In this document: positions 21,331-34,900 of the stretch, piece by piece
Layout of the letters: each line of letters starts with the position of its first letter
Numbering within the stretch: position 1 is the first letter of the stretch
Source of the DNA: Macrostomum hystrix
Lineage: Eukaryota; Animalia; Platyhelminthes
Direction: 5' to 3'
Length of the DNA: 64,000 bases
NCBI GenBank assembly: GCA_950097015.1
Contig: CATNEN010000001.1
Span: 13,454,001 to 13,518,000, forward strand
Position numbers and translations under genes: made by a program
Notes under the pieces: model-generated
The model's input: the letters and a program-made list of their open reading frames with translations, nothing else
What the model was told of the DNA's origin: nothing
Databases searched by the model: none

Positions 21331-23680
21331 TGCAAGCGCTGACCAGCACTCATGGGAGACAATTCCTAGGGCGGGCGACAGAGTCGACTTAAATGACCGC
21401 CTAGCTACACGCGAGATTTCGCGGAGAGAGAGAGGAGATGAAGGGAGGTTCAGCGGATGCAGGGAGTAGTCCTATCGGCCTCAGGCTGGCCAGTCCCACT
21501 CGTCCCATAGGCCACAGGCGTGACAGCCGTGCCTACCCCAAGCAGTGCTCGAAACCGGCTAAAAGTCTAAGGAGAGGTGTCGGACTGCCCGGAATCGGAC
21601 AGGACAGGGCTAACTAGTCTACTGCCGTCAGTAGTGCGTGCGCAACTGACTCCTAACCTTGGTAGCGGTGGTCGAATCGGCCTAGGCTCCTGTCACAGAA
21701 CTGCGGAAAGGCTATCGGCAAAGCGGATAGTTGATCGAGGGTAGCGCCACCACCCAATGCGCCTACGTTGCCACCGCAGGCATTTGGGAACTTGGGTCCC
21801 CGGAGTACACAGCTCCTAGTTCATCACGCAGATCTAGACAAGCCTAAAAATAGGGCATTCTGCAACTTCCGTTTTAGACTGGGGGAAGAACCCCAGAATG
21901 GATCGAGACACGCCTCAAAAGGGGATTCCTGAATTCGCGCTACAGGGGTCTAGAAAGGTGGTACTCCGAACTCGAATGAGAATCCATAGCCGGAATCCTA
22001 CTCATGAAACATCAGACACATTCTTTACATTAGACTGCAGCCTATACATTAAGTAACTAACGAACCGAATCTGTGTGAGTTGAGGAGATCAGAGGCTGGA
22101 GAGATTAAGCAGAACACTGGCTGAGTGATTACGCAAGCGAAAGATTCTTAGAACATCACTCTCGCTCCCGTAGCCGCAGTTGCGAGAGGGGGGCAGGGGG
22201 AAAACTCCATTGGAAAGGGAGTTCGACACGTACACCGTTGAACCCTCCCAAGAGGAAGAAGGAAAACCGGCTAAGAATTCCCCCAACCCTCAGGAAAGAG
22301 ATGCACATGCTACTCTCCGCATCTGCTTGCGAATCCCTAGTTCCTTATTACTCTTATGCGCGCTTACAGTTGCCTTCCTGCCGCAGCCTTCAGCTCGGCA
22401 TCACCAGAGCCCACCCCCTAGGAGATTAGCCACTCATGCCTGAGGGCTGTCTAGCGGATAAATAAAACATGGGAGATAACACAGTATGAGATTTAAATTG
22501 TGCTTAAATTGGCCTAAAGTAAAGTTATTTGGCTCGATTTGTAGTGTTTATTAAGCCAGAAATCCAATCCCTTGCCCACTAAAGTGCCGCCTAACTTAAT
22601 AATAATAAATAAATTTTAATTGTTAATCCCAAGGGACTATTTATTAATCCCTTGGGATTAACAATTAAAAACCGCTGCGCGGGTTACTTATCTGGAGTAG
22701 TTCGGCCGCGTGCTGCAATCCCGTAGTTCTCGGGGAGAGGGCGGGCAAAAATAGCAAAGGCGGAGAAAGGACAAGCTATGTCGATGCGGGCAGGGGCCGA
22801 CCCACCGGGAGCTCAAAGGCTCAATTAGAAGGCTCACCTAACGAGGTGGCTGTCGCTACAAGGGGGAGGGGAAGCAGGCAATGGGCCTGTGAGCGCTGAT
22901 CTGAGCTTATAGCTCTAGGGTCTAAGCCCTATATGGAGAATTGGGTCCGGGGTAAGTGCTCTGGGTCCGGTGGGAGTCCGGCCCGGCAATGGTAAGTCCG
23001 GCGGGGGAGAAGAAGGTCGGAGATGGTCCGCCGGGAAGGTCCTAGAGGGAGCAGCGCAGCGCGCTTGCTTAAATAGTCTTAAAGCACGCCAACCTCGTCA
23101 TCCATCAAAATAACCCACATTCGCGCCAGCCTGTCAACGGGGAATCGAAGCGGCGATGGACCGCCCCGATAACCCAATGAACCGACGGCGGGAAACGACA
23201 GATGTTCTGCGCGAACAGCCGCCGGCAGTCGGCCAATGATTGTTACTCCGCCGGGACAATGGGAAGCGCAGGCGCCGACCTGCCTACAGTGACATTTACA
23301 TGTATCTAAAAGGAGGGAGGTCATAAAGTCGAGCTGGGCTCGAATACTGTAAAGAAGTGGGGACATGAAGAATTAATGATCACTCATAACGCCCGAGTGA
23401 TTACCGATATCTGATCGCGGTTTGGAGGGGAATTATGACCTAAACTACTCATACAATAAAAGTTATGGCCGCGATCAGTCATTCCTACAGGGGTCTAGAC
23501 AGATCCAGGGAAAAGGGATTCGACGGCTACTTAATTCACCGCCGCCCCAAACCCGGCCCTAAGATTAATGATCTTGCTTACGGCCAGCTGCTATGTGGGT
23601 CGCAATTATTAGATACTTAAAAATTTGAAAAATTATGCTGGCTCACATTCCCACTCGATTCCCGCAGCACGCTCCACATC
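21331..23680 (+). mobile_element. Long (~2.35 kb) LTR-like repeat, TG...CA ends
   Basis: Follows the PPT-like tract and has homologous fragments at 6354-6830 and 2060-2966. It may be a composite of two elements. Confidence 0.5.
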
Positions 23681-23740
23681 AATTTTGTTCAATAAATTTT
23701 CTCCGTTTGTCTCTCCGACTATTTATTTGGACGGGGAGAG

Positions 23741-24573
23741 TGTAGTGAGCCACTGCTTAGGGGCCTATTGGTGTCTCACTAGCTGTCAGTACCCCCACCT
23801 GCAAGGTAGCTTAGGTGTCCCCTTTTTGCTTGCATTGAGTGGCTGCCCGGCCCGCCCTCTCTGGCGTTGTCTGGTCTGCCCCTCTTTGCCCTTCCCTTCC
23901 CGGCGGCGCCTGCACTTAGAGTGTGTTGTCTCTTCCCCCAGGGATGAGTCATCACCTCTTTGTCCCGCGCTGGCTTTGTTGTCCCTTGTCCTTTTTCTTT
24001 GCGTGTGGTTGTCTTCACTCAGTCAGCACGTGATTCTCCTTATGTGACTGGCCTCTCTTTGTTTTTTAAAGTACAAGTAAACATGTTTACTGCATTTGGG
24101 GTTTTGATTATGGGACAGGAACGTCAGTTGCTATTTTTAGAAACCACGTGATTCCATCACGTGTTTTATAACTCTGCACTGACCCTATGGGAGGCCCCTG
24201 CCTATAAAAGAAAGCCCCCCGCTCCTCTGGTCCTCATCCCTTTCTCCCCGGCTTCACCTTGCCGCTTCCTGTCATTAACGCTTTCTCTGACTTATTTCAG
24301 TCTCTCTTGTCAGTGCCATCGAGTGTCTAAGTTTCCCACTTCAGTCTCTGCGTGTGGCTGCTCGCAAGCTCAGTTCTGGCTAAGTCCCGAAACTAACTTA
24401 GCCTTCCCCCACCACCCGAGCTACGCAGGACACTGACAGCCTTTAACTGCGACTGAAACTCTGCACGGTGTGCGCTTCTCAAGACTTCGTGACTTTATCT
24501 CTTTCGGGCCAAGGATCCTTCACCTCACCGAAGGCAGAAGTCCTGACGCCCTGGTGGCAGCGCTACTACTACA
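23741..24573 (+). mobile_element. Gypsy-type 3' LTR (833 bp)
   Basis: PPT ggacggggagag immediately before TGTAGT; inverted end ACTACA at 24568-24573; TATAAAAG at ~24203. Confidence 0.6.
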
Positions 24574-27076
24574 CTACCTAGTATTCTTGGACTTCATATT
24601 GGAGTTCGCCGGATCCCGCATTGTTAGCAGGACGACCGGTACAACATTATATCATGTGTACTGTGTTAGTATGTCACTGTGGCATCCTTTTTTCTCATGT
24701 ATCAGGTTCCGTTGCATCTCACCCTAGGCCTGGCTTGTCCTGCTCCTTTCCATGCTGCACATCAGATGAGCCACACCAGCCACATGACATTGACACTCTG
24801 AAAAAAATGGCTCGCTTCAAGGTGCCACTCTCGCACTGTCAGCATTGAGTGGTACAGTCAGTATAGCTGGCTTAGTGTATGTACAACAACTGGAAAAGTG
24901 TTCTGTCATGTGTGCAGACGACAGGAGCAGCAAAAAAAATTAACCATGAGCAAGAGCAAAGACCCTGCCTTTATACAGGATGGGTTTAACAAGTGGAAGA
25001 AGGCCAAAGAGTCTTTCAACAAGCATGAGTCATCTCTCTGCCACCAGGAGGCATGCTTTAAGCTGCTCAGTGAAGGGAAGGAGTCAATTAAGTCACAGCT
25101 GGCTAGTCAATCTGCTGCTGAGTATGCACGTAGGAGAAAGTGTCTGGAGAAAGAAATTGAATGCATTGTATTTTTGCTGCACCAGAATTTGCCAATCCGA
25201 GGCAAAGAAGAAAGTGAAGGAAACCTTAACCAGCTACTCATCCTGCGGAAAAAGGATGTTCCAGACCTTGGCATCTGGGATGAATATGTCTCCTATGATT
25301 CAAAATGAGTTGATCCGGGAAATTGGCACAACAGTACTGCGACAACTCCTTCTCAACATCAGAGAAGCAAAGTTTTATGCCATCCTAACAGATGAGACAA
25401 CTGATGTTGCCCATAAAGAGCAGTTAAACCTGTCCATTCGCTGGGTAGATGAGCAACTGAACATCAATGAAGATCCAGTGGAATTAATCCAAGTGGAGGA
25501 GACCACAGGAGAGGCACTAGCAACTGCATTAAAGGATGCCCTAATCCGCATGCAGCTCCCTCTGCAACACTGCCGTGGCCAAGCATATGATTGTGCAGCA
25601 AACATGTCAGGGAAAGTGGCAGCCAGAATCCAGAAAGAGTGTCCAACTGCTATCCATGTGCACTGCCTGGCGCATTGTGCCAATCTTGTCCTACAAGAAG
25701 CATCTCGGCAGCAAAAAATTGTGAGGGATGCCTTGGACCTCACAAATGAGATCACTTCTTTTGTGAGAAACTCTCCAAAGACATCAAATATTTTCCAAAG
25801 CATGGCGCTTGTGATCCCAGGAGCACATGGAACATCGCTACGCCCCTTGTGCCCTACACAATGGACTTGCCACACTGCTTCATTGAAAAGCTTAATTTGC
25901 AACTACTCAGCAGTGATGGACACCATGGAAAAAGTCAGTTCATCTTCTAGTAATGAACACTCTAGGAGAGCCACTGGAATGCAGCGCTTATGGAGAAGTT
26001 TAGCACTGTGTTTGGGCTTCATCTATCCCTGGCTATTTTCTCTGTGGCCAAAGAGCTCTCCTGTGCCTTGCAATCAGCTTCGGCAACAGCCAAGCTAGCA
26101 TCAGAAGCAGTGAACTGTGCAAGAACCCACTACCAAGGGATGTGAAAGGAAGAGATGCTGGAGAAACTCTTTAAGGCAGCCAAGGACACAGCAGATGCTG
26201 ATGTTAAGGGATGTATTGAGGATCCAGTGCTCCCACGCAAATGAAAGCTGCCAAAGAGGCTTGGTGGAGGTGGAGAACATCATGATGCTGATCCCAAAGC
26301 TCTGTACCAACGCCAGCTCTACGAGGTCCTGGATCTCCTAGATTCTCAGCTTGATAATCGCTTCAACCAGCCCGCTTTCATCAGGGTACAAGAAGTTGAA
26401 CGACTGCTAGAAGAAGCTGCTGCTGGAAAGCCTATAGTTCTGTCTGACACCTTCAAAGAGACATGACTTGAACCTAGATTGTCTACTTGTACAACTGCAA
26501 ATGCTACCTGGTGCCCTAAAAGCAGTTGAAGGCCATCTAGAAAATGATGGTGAAGCCAATGTGCTCAGCGTATGCCAAGGACTCCAAGTAGCAGTCAAGA
26601 AGGGAGGCAGTGTCTTCACCATCATGATGAGTGAGGTTCTCACTCTAGCAAAAATCTACTTGACACTCCCAGTGACTACTGCCACATCAGAAAGAAATTT
26701 TTCAACACTACGACGCACTGAAACCTACCTTAGGTCTACTATGGGCCAGGTGCGACTTAACTCAGCAATGATCTGCACAGTCCACCACCACCAAACTGAC
26801 CAGCTGGACGTAGGTCAAATTGCTAATGACTGCCAATGAGCACCGTCAACACTTTTTTGGTGTTTGAAATGGAAACTTTATTAAATATGTTTTTATTGTT
26901 TTGAAATGGCTTTTGTGGTAAAAGCATACAAGTTGATCTTATACTTCAAAAGTATTTGGCATATATGGTATATATGTATATATGCTGGTACTGGTAACAG
27001 CTGGTTCTTTGGCTCTTCCTTTCTTGCTTCATGACTTACTTACTTTTTCATTTGTTATAACTCAGTGCGAATGCAA

Positions 27077-27592
27077 TACTATATTTCAGGGCCATACTAT
27101 ATTTCAGGGCCATACTATATTTCAGGGCCATACTATATTTCAGGGCCATACTATATTTCAGGGCCATACTATATTTCAGGGCCATACTATATTTCAGGGC
27201 CATACTATATTTCAGGGCCATACTATATTTCAGGGCCATACTATATTTCAGGGCCATACTATATTTCAGGGCCATACTATATTTCAGGGCCATACTATAT
27301 TTCAGGGCCATACTATATTTCAGGGCCATACTATATTTCAGGGCCATACTATAATTAAGGGCCATACTATATTTCAGGGCCATACTATATTTCAGGGCCA
27401 TACTATATTTCAGGGCCATACTATATTTCAGGGCCATACTACATTTCAGGGCCATACTATATTTCAGGGCCATACTATATTTCAGGGCCATACTATATTT
27501 CAGGGCCATACTATATTTCAGGGCCATACTATATTTCAGGGCCATACTATATTTCAGGGCCATACTATATTTCTGGGCCATACTATATTTCA
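27077..27592. repeat. 18-bp minisatellite (TACTATATTTCAGGGCCA) x~28.5
   Basis: Direct reading; near-perfect units. Confidence 0.98.
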
Positions 27593-30500
27593 CGTCAGCT
27601 GACGTGAAATCGGCTGCAACCTCCGGCGGAGCTGGCGGGCAGATGACCGCAGCCAGTCCATACCGCCCAGGTAGGCCTGGAGTGCCGCGCCCACAAGCTG
27701 CGGCAGCCAACTGCAGCCAGGCCAAATCTCCCAGGGGGCAACGAAGCGAGGCTCGCAGACGAGAGCGACGACGGGAGCGCAACAGGCGGTGCAGACAGAA
27801 GCGGAATGCAGCGCAGTCTGCCCATGCCAACTGTGGCACAACACCCTGTGTGGTCTGCCGCAAAGCCAGCCGTGCTGCTCGTCGAGCCCTCGCCTGCTCT
27901 GCTGCTCAAGGTGCTGAACACCAAGCTGCCATCCGCGCATCTCGCCGTGCTGCCAGACGTGCGTGCCGCCGCATTCAGCAGCACCCCCTGAGAGCTGAGG
28001 CCCAACAGAATTCTTCGAGTGGCGCCGGGGATTCTGACCACCCAGAGCCCAACGGTCAACGGGCTTTCGCTGTACCACAAGGTGAGCTGAAGCTAGCAAC
28101 ATGGAATTGTCGAACGCTGAAGGCCAGCTGGCGCCGAGGCATGCTGGCCCGACTGGCCAAAGACTTAGATCTCGATCTAGTAATGCTGCAGGAAACGTCG
28201 ATAACGGCTGACCCTGGTGTGCACTGTGAAGTCCTGGGCTCTGGCTGGACCCTGCACTACACGTCTGCTGATTCGAGAGGTCGCGGTGGGGTCGGAGCAC
28301 TCATTGGCCCGAGGCTGCAGAAGAGCGTCGGCTGCTTAAGCCTCTCTCCCCGACTGCTCCGCGTTGATGTGCGTCTGAGGAACCGCAGCGCCCACATTTT
28401 CTGCGCGTACGCACCAACTGCAGCCCACCCTGATGAAGCCGCTGACTTTTTCGACTTTCTGTCCGGGCAGCTGGAGGCAGTTGCGCAACGAGACACCACT
28501 CTGGTGCTCGGAGACCTGAATGCCGTTGTACACCGGTCCGACCGAGCCCCGTATACCATCTTACCAGAGAACGGCAACACCGAGGCGCTAATGGACCTTC
28601 TCGCCCGCCATGACCTTGTCTCAGCCAACACCCGTTTCTGCAAGCAGCCGACACCCGACTGTGACACCGTCAGGCCGCTGGCTCCACATTCAGACCACAA
28701 GCTGCTTGCTATGCAGGCTGAGACTGCGCGATCCACTCTACCGACCACCGAAGCGGGACCCTCGCTTCTTCTTTCGGGCCCTGAAGGACGACGCAACTCG
28801 CACGAGATTTTCGCGTGCATTCATGGATGCCATCAATGGAAGGCCACAGACCGGTTACACCGAGATCTGCGCCGCCGTCCAATCGGCTGCCGGGTGGACG
28901 CTGCCACTTTTGAGGCCCGCGCAGAAAGGAAGACCGGTGTGGGAGGCGGACCCGGAGGTGCAGGCGGCACGGCTGGAGCTGCAGAGACTTCGGAGAGCTG
29001 GACGAGCTGCAGAGGCGGACGAAGCGGAGGCGGCACTGGCGACCACCTATGAGACGCGACAGCAAGCCCAAGTGGAGGAGGTCATCCGGTCTGTGACTGC
29101 GGCGGGACACGACGCGAAGCACAGGACTGTGTGGAGCGCCGTGAATGAGCTCACAGGCCGCAGGCGCCGGGTGGCTCTCAATCTGCCTGGCAACACGGCT
29201 GACGAGCGGCGGAATGAGCTGCGTGAATTTTTCTCCGCAATTGTGAACGCTCCGCCCCCACCGCAGCTGGAAGACATGTCACTGCCACCCGGTGTACCGC
29301 TGCCAGGAGAAAGTGATTTCAACGCTCGGCCCATCACCGTGGCCGAGGTGATAGAGGTGGCGAACAGCTCTGCAGGAGGGAAGGCTACTGGCCCGGACAA
29401 GGTTCCCGTAGAGGCCCTGCAGATCAGGCAAGTGGCCGAAGCGGTGACGAACATCATGAACCGGGTTCTGGACGGAGACCCAGCCCCAGTCGAGTGGACG
29501 ACAGCCCACATGGTTGCGATCCCCAAGAAACCAGGCACCAGGCAACCAGGCACCAGGCAAGAAACCAGGCAAGAATACGCGGAAGGAGGAGCACCGAGGC
29601 ATCTCCCTGATGTCCTGCGCTGCCAAGCTCTTCAACAAGATCTTACTGAAGCGGCTGCAGCCAGTGCTGGACCCATACCTGAGGCCCAAGCAGAATGGGT
29701 TCCGGCCACGTCGGGGCACCATCACCCAGATCCTCGCCCTCCGACGTGTCATCGAAGAAGCGCGCACTCACCAGGCCACGCTGATCTGTGTCTTCGTAGA
29801 CTTCCTCAAGGCATTTGACTCCGTGGCGCGCGCTGTCATCCCGCGAGTGCTTCGGGCGTACCATGCCCCGCAGCGTCTTGTGGACGCCGTCATGGCGCTC
29901 TATGTGAACACCGTGGCCGCTGTGATGACACCTGACGGGCCGTCGGACTCCTTCCCCACGACATCAGGGGTGCTGCAAGGCGACACGTTGGCGCCCTTCT
30001 TGTTCGTGGTGGTCCTTGACTGGGTGCTGTGGCATGCGCTGCCATCAGACGCGGACGGTTTCCTGCTGCTCAGACGAACGAGCAGCCGACACCCGGAGAG
30101 GCGCCTGTCCCTGCTGGGCTATGCCGATGACCTGGCCCTGCTCTCTTCCTTGGTGGAAGGCGCACAACGGATGCTCGACCGTCTAGTGGCAGTGGCAGCC
30201 AGTGTTGGGCTCGTAATCAACACCAAGAAGACGGAAGTGCTGACGGTGCCTGCAGAGCTGCCTGCGAACATCACCTGCAGCACTAGCGACGGCCAAGCAG
30301 TTCCCCTCCCTCGCTGCACCCGCTTCACTTATCTCGGCGGGCTGGTCCCAAGTGCCACAGAAGATCTGGCGAGGCGCAGGGGCCTGGCGTGGGGGGCGCT
30401 GCAGACTATCCGGCCGGTCCTGCAGAGCGAGACCCTCCCTGATCGACTCAGGGCTCGGCTGTTCCAGGTGGTGGTCGAGACCGTCCTGATGTACAACGCC

Positions 30501-30930
30501 GAGACCTGGACGGCCACGGAGGCGCTGGAGAGGCAGCTGGACTCGGCGCACTCGGCCCTGCTACGTGCCGCCTTTGGCATCCACTTCCCGGAGCGGGTCT
30601 CCAACGCCGCCCTTTACTATCGCGCTGGGCTGCACCCACCCAGTGAGACCCTTCGGAGACAGCGGCTGCAGCTGGCAGGCCATGTGGTGCGCGCCGGGGC
30701 CTACTGTCCAGAGCTGGCGCAGGACGTCCTGCTGCTGACCATGCAGGGTCCCCTGCGCCGAGGGCAGGCCAGGACGCACCGCTATGTCGAGGGCCTGCTC
30801 GCCGATGCTGGTCTTGGCGAGCATCAGACTTGGACAAGAGCAATCGACAATTTCAGGAAGCTGGCTCTTCGGCGTGCCTTGTGACACTGTGAACTTTCCT
30901 TTTCACAGTGTAATTTGTTGTTGTTGTTGT
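27593..30930 (+). mobile_element. Non-LTR retrotransposon, RTE/RTEX-like (APE + RT), disrupted
   Basis: ATWNCRTL, LQET, GGVG, CAYAPT, GDLNA and SDH (APE); KATGPD, QNGFR, VDFLKAFDSV, GVLQGDTLAPFLF, YADD and YLG (RT). (TTG)n tail and 11-bp TSD TGCGAATGCAA at 27066-27076 and 30931-30941. Confidence 0.92.
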
Positions 30931-33349
30931 TGCGAATGCAAATATAATTGGAATTTGGCATGCTTAGTAATTTGTTTTTTTCTTTTTAACAAAATGCTCA
31001 TATTAAAAAAGCATTTGTTTCTTGGGTAAATAAGCTTTTTTCTATTTTTGCAAGGGCAATATTGAAATAATAACAATTGTCATTTTTGGGATTTTTTTCG
31101 GGGGAAACGGATCCTCCCCTTGGCCTTGCCCCCCCCCCACTTTTTTAATCATTCCTAGGCCTACGAAAGATTGTATATATGACCATAAATGCAGTTATTT
31201 ATAGAGCATGAAAAATGCTTTCAAATTACATAATTCATGATAGTTCACTCCTTAAAATAAGATTAAACCAGTCACTCAAATTGTAAAACAAAACATCAAA
31301 TTCTCTGTTTGGTTTGAAGATACATGAAAATCATTGTTCGGTTTTAGATATAAAGCAGGAATAACTTTTTTTCTATTTGATAAAATAGCAAAAGCAGATA
31401 GGCCCTACTTTTAGAAAGATGTAACTGTTTTCTATAACTTTGCTTTTGATTTATCATCATATCTAAAATAGAAAATCTGTAGCTTAGGTTTGAAGTAAAA
31501 AAAATACACATTCTTGTTTGGTTGATGATACATTACCCTAACAGGGAAAAGTCTAACTAGGTCTTTCCCCAAAAGTATTTTCCCAAACTTAATAAAGGGC
31601 TAATAGGCCTTAATAAAGCTAGCTAGGCTTAATAGTGTTGTAAATTCTACTTGGTTCTCCATAAGAAACCAAGTTAGTAGATAAATGTTTAGTTTAAATA
31701 TCAATCATAAACATTTTTATTCTTGACTTTGCACTACACAAGTGTAAAAACAATTCGACTTTCATTATCTTAGGCCTACCTTGCTCCATGCTGTTGCTGC
31801 CAATCAGTAGATCCCTATTGGAATAAGTTTTCAGACACTGTGGACAGTGCATCTAGTGCGCCATGGCAATCATAAAGTGGCCTGGACGGTGCGTCATGAC
31901 AATCTTCAAATCCTAAGGTGGTATGGACGATGTGTCATTCAAATCTTCAAATCCTAGGGTGCCATAGCACTCTAGGTTTAGGTGATATTGTGCATGACTC
32001 CAGTCTCTATCATGTTCATTCTGATGATGCATCACTCGTTTTTGAGAGATTTAAAGAGATTGAGAGAAAGTTGTGTGTTTTACCGCACTTGTGTTTTACT
32101 GCACTCTGTTCTGTACTGTACTTCTGCCCCCTTCTGTTGTAGTTGTATCTATTTCTTAATTCTTAGTCTACTCGTCTTTTGACTTACAAAGTTACATTGT
32201 TGGTCTATTCAAAGAAAAATAAATAATGTAAATAGTGTGGCAATTGCATCAGTGAGTACTTAAAATAATTACGAACACTGAAACCCTTTACTTCAATTTG
32301 GCTAATCGCTATTACTAAACACAAAATATTATATCAGTATGTACTACGTACAGTGTGCTTGAGTAACTGCTTAAGACATTCTCTGGACATAAGCAGTTGT
32401 ACATGAGATGGATTCATCGTATGTGCACGTGCAATAGGAGTAAAATAGTGGGGGTAAATGTACGTGCAACTGCTTAAGGCAGAGGCGCAGTATATATAAT
32501 TCAATATTTGGGGTGCATGCATTTTCTTCAACAACTACACCCACTTCACTCGCAGGCTGTTCAACCATCTCAGGAATCCCAGCCTCAGCCTCTGTGACTG
32601 TGGCTAACATGTCACCATTGTCATTGCTGTTGCTGGCACACTCTCCCGTGCTCAGCTGACTGCTCTCACCACTTCTCTTCCTTTTCTGCTTCTTGTTCAA
32701 ACTTGTTCAAATGCGCCATGACTATGAGGAAAAAGAAAAAGTGCGCCGGACGCCGTCCGCGAAAATACCACTTATTCCAATAGGGCAGTAGATCAATTCC
32801 TATAGCTGGAGTAATTACTTCGTTTTCTCTTCCACAACTCTTCAACACTCCACTTAATTTACCAACCTTGACGAACCATATGTAGAAAAACTTTTTTCAC
32901 ACTGTAATTGACGATGTTATTTTATATTAGTCTTTACTGTATTATTAATTTACTTTCTTTATCTCTATGGCGTCTAATGTACTTTACTGTATTCGTATTT
33001 GTTTTACTGTATGTTACTTATATTACAAACTGAACCATCGCGAACCCTTACTCTGCACGCTGATTGGTTCAGCTCGTTTAAATACACTTAAGTGTTATTT
33101 GCCGCCTGCTGGACCGATGCGATTTGCGTGTAACCAAAATTTAACGTCGAATTGACGCGAATCTACGTGATTTGAACAGCAGATCGGTAACCTAAAACTG
33201 TTACAGACCACGAATTTAAATGGTTTAATACCGTCAGTGTCGCGCGGAGCAGCCTAAGAAGTAGAGTGAGCCTAGCTAGCATATTTAAATATAGCAAGAA
33301 GCAAGAACATTAAATATTGCTAGATTAACTTTTTTATTACTTTCTCTAT

Positions 33350-34040
33350 ATCTCGCTCACTCCCCTGGCCGAGCTCGCGCTACACCTTTGGTGCGGTGGA
33401 ACCGATCCACCAGGCCATCGCACTGCGGATGATAACTTGTTGTCGGTGTTTTCTGGATCTCCAGAGGCCGGCAGAGGCTTCTTATGACCTTGACGTCCAC
33501 CGCCTTGCCACGGTCGGAGAGTAGGATGTGAGGTGCGCCAGAGCGTGCCACCCAGTTGTCGAACTGGGCCTAGTGGCGATGGATGGTCGCTTTTTCGTCG
33601 GGAATTGGCACCAACTCGAGCCAAATGGTGAAATAGTCTATGATGGTGAGCAGCTGTTCGTTACCGCACTGAGACAGTCCAACCGCTGCATCGGAAAACC
33701 GCTTTCAATGGGCTGCAGAAGAGCTAGGTGCTGACGCGTTGTCTTAGCGTGTTGGCACACCCGACAGGATCTGACCGCCAAACTGACGCTCAACGTCATC
33801 TTCGGCCAGTAGCATCGCTGCTTGAGGGCTGCCAAGGTCTTATCCCCGCCGAGATGTCCTAGCTCATAGACCACCTCGATGTCGGCTGCGAAGATTCACG
33901 GGCACCAGGCTTGGAGTTCACCAGCTTGTTTAGAGCGCCATCCACGAATTGTCGCCGATCTTCTGCGCTAGTAGGATGCTCTCTGGCGACAGCCGATCAC
34001 GTCTGCGGGTGCTGAACTTTGTCTTGCTGCTGGAGAGCAG
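33350..34040 (-). pseudogene. Gypsy integrase fragment
   Basis: GHLGGDKT..CYWPKM...CRVCQ zinc-binding domain, P..LLSDRG and TTSYHPQCDGLVDRFHRT, broken by indels. Confidence 0.85.
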
Positions 34041-34154
34041 GCAAAACACCGGGCCGATGGCATCTCTCCATTTACAGCTTTATTTCCAGATTATTTCCAA
34101 GGATAATCTTGAGAATATAATAAAAGAATAATGCAGAGCCGCCCTTCTTGCAAA

Positions 34155-34900
34155 CCAGTTCACCAGTTCACAAGTCCACCAGTTCACAAGTTCACCAGTT
34201 CACAAGTTCACCAGTTCACAAGTTCACCAGTTCACAAGTTCACCAGTTCACAAGTTCACCAGTTCACAAGTTCACCAGTTCACAAGTTCACCAGTTCACA
34301 AGTTCACCAGTTCACAAGTTCACCAGTTCACAAGTTCACCAGTTCACAAGTTCACCAGTTCACAAGTTCACCAGTTCACAAGTTCACCAGTTCACAAGTT
34401 CACCAGTTCACAAGTTCACCAGTTCACAAGTTCACCAGTTCACAAGTTCACCAGTTCACAAGTTCACCAGTTCACAAGTTCACCAGTTCACAAGTTCACC
34501 AGTTCACAAGTTCACCAGTTCACAAGTTCACCAGTTCACAAGTTCACCAGTTCACAAGTTCACCAGTTCACAAGTTCACCAGTTCACAAGTTCACCAGTT
34601 CACAAGTTCACCAGTTCACAAGTTCACCAGTTCACAAGTTCACCAGTTCACAAGTTCACCAGTTCACAAGTTCACCAGTTCACAAGTTCACCAGTTCACA
34701 AGTTCACCAGTTCACAAGTTCACCAGTTCACAAGTTCACCAGTTCACAAGTTCACCAGTTCACAAGTTCACCAGTTCACAAGTTCACCAGTTCACAAGTT
34801 CACCAGTTCACAAGTTCACCAGTTCACAAGTTCACCAGTTCACAAGTTCACCAGTTCACAAGTTCACCAGTTCACAAGTTCACCAGTTCACAAGTTCACC
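34155..34900. repeat. 16-bp satellite (CCAGTTCA-CAAGTTCA) x~46
   Basis: Direct reading; a dimer of two 8-mers differing at one base. Confidence 0.98.

Larger units (their letters stand above)
24730..31163 (+). mobile_element. hAT DNA transposon (ZMYM1/DUF4371-type); frameshifted transposase ~24800-26870, 3' region interrupted by a LINE
   Basis: FCHVC, GFNKWKKA..HESS.CH, QNLPIRG, LTDETTD..KEQL, GQAYD.AANM, HCLAHCANL and the dimerisation domain LPVTTATSERNFSTLRR..TYLRSTM. The right end is the reverse complement of TAGGCCTAGGAA at 31152-31163. Confidence 0.9.

Noticed and set aside
26982-27863. Repeat-protein ORFs (GHTIFQ / YSMALK)n
   Set aside because: Translations of the 18-bp satellite, with no independent coding evidence.
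31770-32850. Exon-like acidic/basic ORF pieces on the minus strand
   Set aside because: No recognisable domain and no consistent splice model could be built.
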